Assembly: GCA_041907685.1 (NCBI GenBank)
Contig: JAYRGU010000009.1
Location: 1,195-65,194 of the forward strand
DNA: 64,000 nucleotides
Source of the DNA: Prevotella sp.
GTDB lineage: Bacteria; Bacteroidota; Bacteroidia; Bacteroidales; Bacteroidaceae
Direction of reading: 5' to 3'
The first letter of the stretch is position 1; the number at the start of each line of letters is the position of its first letter. A program made the position numbers and the translations under genes. The notes beneath the pieces were generated by a model. It was not told where the DNA came from. It made no database searches and saw nothing but the letters and a program-made list of their open reading frames with translations. Below are positions 55,157-64,000 of this stretch, piece after piece.

Positions 55157-55306
55157 TTATAATATAACCGCCTCCAAATTACGCTTATAAAGCACGGTTG
55201 AAATTATCTCCTTCAGTTTCAAGCCCGCAAGTATATCTCCAATATTTAGATTGCCTAAGATAACTTGCAATGCTTGAGTTCCGTCAATTTCTTTTGTATT
55301 TTGCAT
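55157..55306 (-). CDS. Putative 49-aa small protein of unknown function
   Basis: MQNTKEIDGTQALQVILGNLNIGDILAGLKLKEIISTVLYKRNLEAVIL; TATCTTTG promoter at 55324-55331 and an A-rich leader directly upstream; tandem TAA TAA stops. Confidence 0.5.
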   Translation of the reverse strand: MQNTKEIDGTQALQVILGNLNIGDILAGLKLKEIISTVLYKRNLEAVIL

Positions 55307-55618
55307 CTGTTTGTATTTGGATGCAAAGATATGAGGTGCATGTTTCATAATCATTATCGTGGGATTATGATTATAGTACATGACTATTACAATAATATTT
55401 CTTCTTATAATTACTTCATAAAAGTTATATCGCAATAAGTTATTGCCTAAAAAATATAAAGTGATTATTGTAGAAAAACAAGATAGATTCAAGTTTCATT
55501 GAAATGAACTAATATATAACCAACAAAAGATTAAGTTAATAAGACAAACTTGGTATATAATAGTGTTTGCAAAATTACCAATATCATTGGTAAACATACG
55601 AAAGTATTCTTTCGACCG

Positions 55619-56836
55619 TTATAAAGAAACAGACGAAAGAATACTTTTAGTAGCTCCTGAACGACTCCTTACATATGCACCAGCTTTCTCACCGGCATTT
55701 TTAAGGTATGCAGAATCAGAAGTAAGAGTTGTCATTATATTATTAAAGGTATCATAATCTGATATTTCCAGACCGCCTCCTGATGCCAATAATTCACGAG
55801 CCTCTTGAAAACGCTGATTGTTTGGTCCAAAGAATACGGGAACATCCCATACTGCAGCTTCTAATACATTATGAATTCCGACACCAAAGCCACCACCTAC
55901 GTATGCAATTTCTCCATAATGATATATACTAGATAATAATCCGAAACAATCTATTATCAAGCAGTCTGCACCAGCCACCTCTGTCGTCGTTGTCTGTGTA
56001 TAGCGTACGGCTTTACGATCTAGTTTAGATAAGATCTGTTGCAAATGATCCTCTCCTATAACATGTGGCGCTATAATAAGTTTCCAGTCTTTATGCTCAT
56101 TAAAGTAACGGATAAAAATATCTTCATCAGGTTGCCAACTGCTACCTGCAACAAATACTTTAGAGTCTTTCTTAAATGACTCAACTATAGGTAATATTTT
56201 AGATGTTTCCTTTATTTCGAGAACTCTATCAAAACGAGTGTCACCTGTAATTGAAACATTATTTATACCTAACTTAGAAAGTAACTGTTTACTGGTTTCA
56301 TTCTGGACGAAAAAGTGTGTAAAACACTTTAAGACAAGACGATATTCATAAGCATACCAGCGGAAAAAGACCTGCTCTTTGCGGAAAATACTACTTACAC
56401 TGTATGTAGGTATATTACGATGCTTTAATATATGAAGATAATTCCACCAAAATTCATATTTTATGAAGAATGCCATACATGGACGTACTAATCGCAAAAA
56501 ACGTATAGCGTTCAATGGCGTATCAAGAGGCAAATAACATATAATATCTGCTCCTTCATAGTTTTTACGAACCTCGTATCCAGACGGAGAAAAGAATGTA
56601 AGAAGTATTTTATACTCCGGATGCAACTGTCTGAGTTGCTCCATTATTGGGCGTCCCTGTTCAAACTCTCCTAATGAAGCTGCATGAAACCACACATATT
56701 TTGCATTTGGATCTACGTTTTCTTTCAGGACATTGAAAGCAGCTCGCTCTCCTAGCCACATCTTTTTAACCTTTTTGCTGAATAAGCTTGTTATAGCTAC
56801 GCCCAACAAATATATGTAGATTATCAGATTGTACAC
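55619..56836 (-). CDS. waaA: 3-deoxy-D-manno-octulosonic acid (Kdo) transferase
   Basis: WFHAASLGE, YLPLD, VAGSSW, YVGGGF, HNVLEAA; GTG start. Confidence 0.93.
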   Translation of the reverse strand: MYNLIIYIYLLGVAITSLFSKKVKKMWLGERAAFNVLKENVDPNAKYVWFHAASLGEFEQGRPIMEQLRQLHPEYKILLTFFSPSGYEVRKNYEGADIICYLPLDTPLNAIRFLRLVRPCMAFFIKYEFWWNYLHILKHRNIPTYSVSSIFRKEQVFFRWYAYEYRLVLKCFTHFFVQNETSKQLLSKLGINNVSITGDTRFDRVLEIKETSKILPIVESFKKDSKVFVAGSSWQPDEDIFIRYFNEHKDWKLIIAPHVIGEDHLQQILSKLDRKAVRYTQTTTTEVAGADCLIIDCFGLLSSIYHYGEIAYVGGGFGVGIHNVLEAAVWDVPVFFGPNNQRFQEARELLASGGGLEISDYDTFNNIMTTLTSDSAYLKNAGEKAGAYVRSRSGATKSILSSVSL

Positions 56837-56856
56837 GATTGTTTGAGTTTTCGTTC

Positions 56857-58374
56857 TTATTTAAGTAATTCTATCGCACGACGTAGTCGTTTAATTGTTT
56901 CTTCTTTTCCCAAGAAGTCTGTAATATCGAACATACCAGGTCCTTTGCCTATACCTACAAGGGCAAGGCGGAATGCATTCATAACATCACCAAGTTTGTA
57001 TTCTTTACTTTCAATCCAACCTTCTACTATCTTTTCTTGATTCTCCATAGAGAAATCTTCTATACCTCCTATTACATCAGCTAACTCAGACATTACCTGT
57101 GCCGAATTATCTTTCCAACGCTTACGTACTGTTTTTTCGTCATATTCTGTTGGAGCAATAAAAAAGAACGAACACAATGGCCACAACTCCTTAACAAAGT
57201 TGACACGGTCTTTCATCAAAGATACTACTTTTGTAACACGTTCCAGAGTCTCATTTATACCATGTTCCTTTACTATTGGTGCAAAGTCTGATGCGATCTC
57301 CTCATTACTTTTTCTCAGAATATATTCATGGTTAAACCAGATTCCTTTCTGGAAATCAAAACGAGCTCCCGCTTTACTACACTTAGTAATATCAAAAAGA
57401 TTTACTAATTCATCAAGAGTAAATAATTCCTGTTCAGTACCAGGATTCCATCCTAATAATGCGAGGAAATTAATTACTGCTTCTGGGAAATATCCACTTT
57501 CACGATATCCTGAAGAAACTTCTCCTGTCTTAGGATCATGCCATTCCATTGGAAATACGGGGAAGCCAAGCCTATCACCATCACGTTTACTCAATTTTCC
57601 TTTTCCATCCGGTTTAAGTAACAGCGGAAGATGTGCGAATTGTGGCATGGTATCTTCCCACCCAAAAGCACGATATAACAACACATGTAATGGAGCGCTC
57701 GGCAACCATTCTTCACCACGAATTACATGTGTGATTTCCATCAAATGGTCATCAACAATATTTGCCAGATGATATGTTGGTAATTCGTCTGCACTCTTAT
57801 AAAGAACTTTATCATCAAGAATATCACTCATTATGCGTACATCTCCACGAATAAGGTCTTTTACATGTACAGCTTCACCTGGTTCTATCTTAAAACGAAC
57901 CACATATTGTTTACCTTCTGCGATGAGTTTATCAACTTCCTCTTTAGATAGAGTCAGCGAATTACGCATAAGTCCACGAGTCTTAGCATCATACTGAAAA
58001 TTTTTTATTTCCTCACGTTTGGCATCCAATTCTTCTGGAGTGTCAAATGCTATATATGCTTTATTCGCATCAAGTAGTTGCTTAACATATTTTTTATAGA
58101 TATCACGACGTTCACTCTGTCGATAAGGACCGTGATCTCCACCAAAACTTACGCCCTCATCAAACTTGATTCCGAGCCATTTAAAAGATTCAATGATATA
58201 TTCTTCAGCACCTGGTACGAATCTATGTGTATCGGTGTCTTCTATCCTGAAAACTAAATCGCCACCATGCTGGCGTGCAAACAAATAATTATACAATGCG
58301 GTACGAACTCCGCCAATGTGTAATGCCCCTGTAGGACTTGGTGCAAAACGCACCCTTACTTTTCTTTCTGCCAT
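56857..58374 (-). CDS. gltX: Glutamate--tRNA ligase
   Basis: [17 protein letters not shown]; promoter TATTTTTG at 58407-58414. Confidence 0.98.
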   Translation of the reverse strand: MAERKVRVRFAPSPTGALHIGGVRTALYNYLFARQHGGDLVFRIEDTDTHRFVPGAEEYIIESFKWLGIKFDEGVSFGGDHGPYRQSERRDIYKKYVKQLLDANKAYIAFDTPEELDAKREEIKNFQYDAKTRGLMRNSLTLSKEEVDKLIAEGKQYVVRFKIEPGEAVHVKDLIRGDVRIMSDILDDKVLYKSADELPTYHLANIVDDHLMEITHVIRGEEWLPSAPLHVLLYRAFGWEDTMPQFAHLPLLLKPDGKGKLSKRDGDRLGFPVFPMEWHDPKTGEVSSGYRESGYFPEAVINFLALLGWNPGTEQELFTLDELVNLFDITKCSKAGARFDFQKGIWFNHEYILRKSNEEIASDFAPIVKEHGINETLERVTKVVSLMKDRVNFVKELWPLCSFFFIAPTEYDEKTVRKRWKDNSAQVMSELADVIGGIEDFSMENQEKIVEGWIESKEYKLGDVMNAFRLALVGIGKGPGMFDITDFLGKEETIKRLRRAIELLK

Positions 58375-58493
58375 TGATAAAGTAATGTAGATAAGCTAAT
58401 TTTTTGCAAAAATACTACTTTTTTTCTTAATTTGCTGTTTTTTTTCGTATTTTCGCAAAGTAAATGTAATTTAAAACATTTAAAGACCAGAAT

Positions 58494-60545
58494 ATGAACA
58501 TTTTTAATAATAAAGGCGAACTATATTGGCGAAACTTTTTAACCAGACTTACACTTATTGTTACAACAGTAATTATCATTGTCTGGTTCTTGCCAAGAAA
58601 GAATGGTCCAGAGTTCCAATATGAAATTGGAAAGCCATGGATGTATAGTTCACTTATCGCAAAATATGATTTTCCTGTGTATAAATCAGAGAAAACTATA
58701 AAAGCGGAAAAGGATAGTATATTGTCTCAATATGAACCCTATTTTAATCTTGACAAAAATGTCGAAAACGAAGAAATAAACAAATTTATTAACGACTATA
58801 AAGGCGGCATTAATGGGCTCCCAAAGAGTTTTATATACACTATAGCGGATCGTTTGCACAAGTTATATCAGCAAGGTATAATAGAAACGCCACTGTACTC
58901 TGACTTGTGCAAAGATAGTTCCAGAATGATAAGGATTGTGAGTGGAAAGCAAGCTATAAATATACAGATAAATCGTATATATTCAACTTTATCTGCTTAC
59001 GAGCAACTTTTTCTAGATGATGCCATATCCAAGCAACGGCAAATACTTCAAAAGTGCAATCTTAATGAATATATCGAGCCGAATCTAATGTTTGACAAAA
59101 AGCGTAGTAAAGCAAGCATGGATGATTTGACTAATGGTATACCATTAGCAAATGGTGTTGTTTTGAGTGGGCAAAAGATTATTGATAGAGGCGAAATTGT
59201 AGAAGAAAATACTTATCGTGTATTGGAATCGCTCAAAAAAGAAAACGACAAACGCACCAACAGCCAGGCTGACTATTGGCAGACTATGGGTGGGCAGATA
59301 TTGTATGTACTAACCATCATTATCATGTTCACTCTATATCTGGGATTATTCCGTAAAGACTACTTTGAGAAGCCAAGGAGTATAATGATGTTATATTCCC
59401 TCATTTTGATTTTCCCTATTATGGTGTCTTTAATGGTATCGCATAATTATTTCAGCGTTTACATACTACCGTTTGCGATGGTACCGATATTTGTCAGGGT
59501 CTTCATGGACTCAAGAACAGCGTTCATCGCTCATGTAACAGTGATACTAATCTGTGCATGTGCATTAAGATATCAGTACGAATTTATAGTTGTACAATTA
59601 ATTGCAGGACTGGTTGCAATATATTCATTAAGAGAATTATCACGTCGTGCCCAATTATTCAAAACAGCATTGCTTGTCACTATCGCAAGCGCAGCAATAT
59701 ATTTCTCGCTGGAATTGATAAATGATAATGACTTAGCTAAGATAGACAGGAGCATGTATACTCACCTTGCAATAAATGGCGTGGCACTTTTATTTGCCTA
59801 TCCTCTGATGGATCTTATTGAAAGAACGTTTGGATTTATTTCTAATGTTACGCTTATCGAATTATCTGATACAAGCAAAGACTTACTCCGTAAACTTAGC
59901 GAAGTTGCTCCTGGAACTTTCCAACATTCCATTTCGGTGAGCAATCTCGCTGCAGAGATAGCAAACAAAATTGGAGCTAAAGCACAACTCGTAAGAACAG
60001 GCGCACTTTATCATGATATTGGAAAAATGGCAAATCCGGTTTTCTTTACAGAAAACCATGCTGGAATAAATCCTCTTGATAATATGTCATGTACAGAAGG
60101 TGCACAGATGGTAATAAGTCATGTTACCGAAGGGCTTAGATTAGCTGAAAAATATAATCTGCCAAACATTATTAAAGACTTTATTACTACTCACCATGGA
60201 TTAGGAGTTGCTAAATACTTTTATATAAAGTACAAAAATGAGCATCCCGGCGAAGAGATAGATGAGTCGTTGTTTACTTATCCAGGTCCTAATCCGTTCA
60301 CTAGAGAGCAAGCTATTCTTATGATGACTGATACAGTAGAGGCTGCATCAAGATCTTTACCAGAATACACAGAGGCAAGTATATATAATATGGTGAATAA
60401 ACTTATTGACCAACAGGTTAATGATGGTTTTTTCAAGGATTGCCCTATTACCTTCAGAGATATTTCTGTAGCAAAAAGTGTATTGGTTGATAAATTAAAG
60501 ACGGTATATCATACTCGAATAAGTTACCCCGAACTCAAAAAATAA
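58494..60545 (+). CDS. 7TM-HD family phosphohydrolase (PgpH-like, HDIG domain)
   Basis: Extracytoplasmic domain, multiple TM segments, APGTFQHS, YHDIGK, HHG, YPGPNP, DTVEAASR. Confidence 0.9.
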   Translation: MNIFNNKGELYWRNFLTRLTLIVTTVIIIVWFLPRKNGPEFQYEIGKPWMYSSLIAKYDFPVYKSEKTIKAEKDSILSQYEPYFNLDKNVENEEINKFINDYKGGINGLPKSFIYTIADRLHKLYQQGIIETPLYSDLCKDSSRMIRIVSGKQAINIQINRIYSTLSAYEQLFLDDAISKQRQILQKCNLNEYIEPNLMFDKKRSKASMDDLTNGIPLANGVVLSGQKIIDRGEIVEENTYRVLESLKKENDKRTNSQADYWQTMGGQILYVLTIIIMFTLYLGLFRKDYFEKPRSIMMLYSLILIFPIMVSLMVSHNYFSVYILPFAMVPIFVRVFMDSRTAFIAHVTVILICACALRYQYEFIVVQLIAGLVAIYSLRELSRRAQLFKTALLVTIASAAIYFSLELINDNDLAKIDRSMYTHLAINGVALLFAYPLMDLIERTFGFISNVTLIELSDTSKDLLRKLSEVAPGTFQHSISVSNLAAEIANKIGAKAQLVRTGALYHDIGKMANPVFFTENHAGINPLDNMSCTEGAQMVISHVTEGLRLAEKYNLPNIIKDFITTHHGLGVAKYFYIKYKNEHPGEEIDESLFTYPGPNPFTREQAILMMTDTVEAASRSLPEYTEASIYNMVNKLIDQQVNDGFFKDCPITFRDISVAKSVLVDKLKTVYHTRISYPELKK

Positions 60546-60549
60546 CATA

Positions 60550-60587
60550 TAAATATTGCACATTTTTAATAATATGTGCAATATTTA
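60550..60587. terminator. 14-bp inverted repeat after the HD gene (terminator, or operator for the downstream OMP)
   Basis: TAAATATTGCACAT / ATGTGCAATATTTA. Confidence 0.55.
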
Positions 60588-60686
60588 GATATCATTGTGC
60601 TAATATATGTTAAGTAAATCACATTAAAAATGAAAAACAGAACAATTTGTATACCTTTGCGACCATATTTTTTAATAGTGATTAAG

Positions 60687-62222
60687 ATGAATAAATTAAA
60701 ATTGACCTGCGTCGGATTAATGATATCGACAGGTTTTACCGCTCAAGCAGGCGGTTTACTGACTAATACGAATCAGAACATTGCTTTTTTAAGAAACCCT
60801 GCACGTGATGGTGCTATTGGTATTGATGGAACATACAGTAACCCTGCCGGTGTGGCATGGTTGGAAAAAGGTCTACATCTGTCGTTCAATGTACAGAACG
60901 TCTATCAGACTAGAACAATAAACAGTGGACTGAATGTACCTGCATTTCAAGGAACTCCATATTATCAGCCATACAAAATGAATGGTGGAAACGAAAATGG
61001 TGTTAAGACATTTAAAGGTACCGCATCCGCACCTTTTATTCCTTCTGTACAGGCTGCTCTCAATTATGACAAATGGGGATTCCAAGCTAGTTTTGCTGTA
61101 ACAGGCGGTGGTGGCAAAGCCACATTTGACGAAGGTCTCGGATCATTTGAGAGTCAAGTTGCAATGGTACCGGCCCTCCTCTACCAAATGGGGCTCAATA
61201 AAACTTCAGCACCGGGCTATTCTGTTGATAGTTATATATATGGACAACAATATGTGTTTGGTTTGCAGCTAGGAGCTACATATAAGATTACTAATTATCT
61301 TTCTGCTTATGTAGGTGCAAGATTTAATTATATACAGAATAAGTATGAAGGAAGCATAACTAATATATCTGCTAATATTAACGGAACAAACGAAAATCTA
61401 TATAATTATTTTGGAGACGTAGCCAATAATTACTCACAGATGGCATTCTATTACAAGATGCGTGCAAGTGAAATGGCAGACGGTAGTGCAGAAAAGACAG
61501 CATACGAACAGAAATCTGCTACATATGCAGCTGGGGCTACACAGGCTTCAACAACAAAAGATCAGTTTGCGGATAAATATCTGGAATGTACTCAGACCGG
61601 ATGGGGAATAACTCCTATAATAGGTCTTGACCTAAAATGGAAAAATATAAATATTGGTACAAGACTGGAATTCACAACAAAATTCAATATTCAAAACAAT
61701 ACAAAACGTGATGATACCGGATTATTTAAGGATGGTGTTAACACGCCAAATGATCTACCCGGTATATTCACAATAGGTGGACAGTATAGTATTTTGCCAT
61801 CACTAAGAGTTAATGTTGGTTATCATTATTTCTTCGACAAGGATGCGCGTATGGATAAAGATAAGCAGAAGTTGCTTGCAGGAAACACAGAGGAATTCTT
61901 GGCTGGTGCTGAATATGACATTAACAAAGTGATTCAGGTAAGCGCTGGTATACAAAAAACGAATTACAAATTTGGAGATGGTTCATTCCTTAATGATATG
62001 AGTTTCACTACTAGCAGCTACTCTATAGGATTTGGTGCAGGCTTTCAGGTTACAAAGAAAGCTAAGCTGAATGTTGCTTACTTCTGGACCAACTACGATA
62101 CATTCCACAAGGAGTATTCTCAAAACATTACAGCAGGAGACAATACTATACCTACGAACAGAACCGATGATTTCACACGTACAAACAAAGTATTTGGAGT
62201 AGGTCTCGACTTAGATATATAA
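60687..62222 (+). CDS. OmpP1/FadL-family outer membrane transporter
   Basis: Signal peptide, GGLLTNTNQ...NPAR...YSNPAG hatch motif, beta-barrel C-terminus GLDLDI. The promoter TACCTTTG at 60652-60659 supports a start at 60687. Confidence 0.8.
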   Translation: MNKLKLTCVGLMISTGFTAQAGGLLTNTNQNIAFLRNPARDGAIGIDGTYSNPAGVAWLEKGLHLSFNVQNVYQTRTINSGLNVPAFQGTPYYQPYKMNGGNENGVKTFKGTASAPFIPSVQAALNYDKWGFQASFAVTGGGGKATFDEGLGSFESQVAMVPALLYQMGLNKTSAPGYSVDSYIYGQQYVFGLQLGATYKITNYLSAYVGARFNYIQNKYEGSITNISANINGTNENLYNYFGDVANNYSQMAFYYKMRASEMADGSAEKTAYEQKSATYAAGATQASTTKDQFADKYLECTQTGWGITPIIGLDLKWKNINIGTRLEFTTKFNIQNNTKRDDTGLFKDGVNTPNDLPGIFTIGGQYSILPSLRVNVGYHYFFDKDARMDKDKQKLLAGNTEEFLAGAEYDINKVIQVSAGIQKTNYKFGDGSFLNDMSFTTSSYSIGFGAGFQVTKKAKLNVAYFWTNYDTFHKEYSQNITAGDNTIPTNRTDDFTRTNKVFGVGLDLDI

Positions 62223-62223
62223 T

Positions 62224-64000
62224 CTACAGCGGATCTACATCAAAGTAAATCTGCAAAGTACTATCATAACGCGAATCCTTCATCATTTGCGACTCAGCAA
62301 AACGAAGGCATTCGCGTACTTTTTTGATATTTATCTGTAATTCTAACTTTAATACGATCTTACGTATATTGAGTGTCTTAACCTTTGCTACTGCTGGCCT
62401 ATCCGGACCTAAAACACGATTTCCAAACATCTGCCGAAGTCTATTAGCCATATCAATACCCGAAGTTTCAGCTATTCTATCATTACGATGTTTAAGATAG
62501 ATATAAATCAAGCGATAATACGGAGGATAATGGAAGGCATGACGTTCTTCTAATTGATTATTAAAAAAAGACTTATAATCGTTTTTCACTACTTGAGATA
62601 TAACATTCGTATCAGGACTTTTAGTCTGCAATATAACCAATCCTCTTTTCCCTTTTCTTCCCGCACGTCCACTAACTTGAGCCATCATCATAAAAGAATG
62701 CTCATAAGCTCTAAAGTCAGGATAATTAAGCATATTATCAGCATTCAAAATTCCTACTACACTAACATTATCAAAATCCAATCCCTTGCTTATCATTTGA
62801 GTGCCAATAAGAAGGTTTGTCCTGCCCGAAGAAAAATCACTTATTATGCGTTCGTAAGCACTTCTAGTCCTTGTCGTATCAAGATCCATTCTTGCAAGAC
62901 GTGCTTCGGGAAATATTTCTTTTACATAATCTTCTATTTTCTCAGTTCCATAACCACGTCCTCGTAATTTTGTACTGCCACAATTAGGACATGCTGTAGG
63001 AATCTGATATGTATAACCACAATAATGGCAAGTTAATTGATTAGTAGTTTTGTGCATTGTAAGACTAACATCACAATTTGTACAACGCGGCACCCACCCG
63101 CATTCCTGACACTCTATCATAGGTGCAAAACCACGGCGGTTCTGAAATAATATTACTTGTTCATTACCATTTAAGGCCTTCTTTATATTAGCAATAAGTA
63201 CAGGTGAGAAAGGCCCGGTCATCATTTTACGATGCTGAAGGTCTTTTATATCAACAACATCAATCTCCGGCAGCGCTATATCTTTATAACGTGTATTCAA
63301 TTCAACCAATCCATACTTCCCTTTCACAGCATTATAATAACTCTCCATACTAGGTGTTGCTGTGCCCAATAATGTTTTAGCTCCATACATCTTAGCCAGC
63401 ACAATAGCGGCATTCCTTGCATTGTATCTTGGAGCTGGGTCTTGTTGCTTATATGATGTTTCGTGTTCCTCGTCAATTATAACCATTCCTAAATCTTTGA
63501 ATGGAAGGAAAATAGATGAACGAGCACCCAATATCACATCATACGGATTATCAGAAAGCTGTTTTTTCCAAATTTCGACCCTCTCTGCATCCGAATATTT
63601 TGAATGATATATACCTAATCTGTTTCCGAATACCTTTTGAAGACGTTCCATTATTTGAACAGTCAGAGCTATTTCAGGCAACAAGTATAATACCTGTTTT
63701 TTCTTTTGTAATTCACGTTCAATAAGATGTATATATATTTCCGTTTTTCCACTGGATGTAACTCCATGAAGGAGACATACATCTTTCTTTAAAAAAGAAA
63801 ACAATATAGAGTTAAATGCCTCCAGTTGATACTCATTTAGTTTTTTGATCTTATCAAGATGTGGCTCTAGACCTTTGTTTAATCTACCCACTTCTTTCTC
63901 ATAAGTAACAAGGATATTTTTTGCTATTATACTATTAATAGTTGCGGTTGTACAATGGCTCTCGTTTATCAGCTCATCTTTGGTTATTTCTATAATAGGA
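62224..64000 (-). CDS. priA: Primosomal protein N' (partial; start lies beyond the right edge)
   Basis: HGVTSSGKT, DEEH, CxxC zinc motifs, QVSGRAGR; frame stays open to position 64000. Confidence 0.97.
   Translation of the reverse strand, partial: PIIEITKDELINESHCTTATINSIIAKNILVTYEKEVGRLNKGLEPHLDKIKKLNEYQLEAFNSILFSFLKKDVCLLHGVTSSGKTEIYIHLIERELQKKKQVLYLLPEIALTVQIMERLQKVFGNRLGIYHSKYSDAERVEIWKKQLSDNPYDVILGARSSIFLPFKDLGMVIIDEEHETSYKQQDPAPRYNARNAAIVLAKMYGAKTLLGTATPSMESYYNAVKGKYGLVELNTRYKDIALPEIDVVDIKDLQHRKMMTGPFSPVLIANIKKALNGNEQVILFQNRRGFAPMIECQECGWVPRCTNCDVSLTMHKTTNQLTCHYCGYTYQIPTACPNCGSTKLRGRGYGTEKIEDYVKEIFPEARLARMDLDTTRTRSAYERIISDFSSGRTNLLIGTQMISKGLDFDNVSVVGILNADNMLNYPDFRAYEHSFMMMAQVSGRAGRKGKRGLVILQTKSPDTNVISQVVKNDYKSFFNNQLEERHAFHYPPYYRLIYIYLKHRNDRIAETSGIDMANRLRQMFGNRVLGPDRPAVAKVKTLNIRKIVLKLELQINIKKVRECLRFAESQMMKDSRYDSTLQIYFDVDPL

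Noticed and set aside
55307-55492. Upstream part of the 111-aa ORF
   Set aside because: It is low-complexity AT-rich sequence overlapping a consensus promoter; only the 49-codon distal part is plausible.
57200-57772. 190-aa antisense ORF in gltX, and similar shadow ORFs in rplL, tuf, rpoBC and fusA
   Set aside because: These lie antisense or out of frame within conserved genes, have no recognisable motifs, and are explained by codon bias.
63892-64000. Apparent N-terminal truncation of priA
   Set aside because: The reading frame is open to the window edge, so this is a window artefact and not a pseudogene.

Overview
AT-rich Bacteroidota DNA, most likely Prevotellaceae, judged from the protein sequences, the TAnnTTTG -7 promoter elements and the general lack of Shine-Dalgarno sites. 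Most of the window (about 9.5-42.8 kb, minus strand) is the core transcription/translation supercluster. In transcription order it runs rpsU-xerC-like-hpf, tRNA Thr/Tyr/Gly/Thr, tuf, tRNA-Trp, secE-nusG-rplKAJL-rpoBC, DUF3467, rpsL-rpsG-fusA, then the S10, spc and alpha blocks ending in rplQ. The left flank holds a partial lipoprotein, a TPR sensor histidine kinase, a receiver-domain/dikinase-like fusion protein, metY, gdhA and a glycine-zipper lipoprotein. The right flank holds aminopeptidase P, mdh, a gamma-carbonic anhydrase, a DUF5703 glycoside hydrolase, a porin-pstSCAB-phoU cassette, waaA, gltX, a 7TM-HD phosphodiesterase, a FadL-like outer membrane protein and a partial priA. No transposase, prophage or CRISPR array was seen. 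The most interesting unexplained signals are: (i) an exactly 22-bp-phased array of palindromic repeats at 49.1-49.2 kb, bracketed by imperfect inverted repeats and an orphan promoter; (ii) six 11-bp-phased Pho-box-like hexamers upstream of the pst operon; (iii) an unannotated 49-aa ORF with its own promoter and terminator; (iv) the receiver-dikinase fusion between a kinase and gdhA; (v) strong SD sequences on only a few genes, notably hpf; (vi) a compensatory A19-U56 elbow in tRNA-Gly(TCC). All calls were made by eye without database searches.
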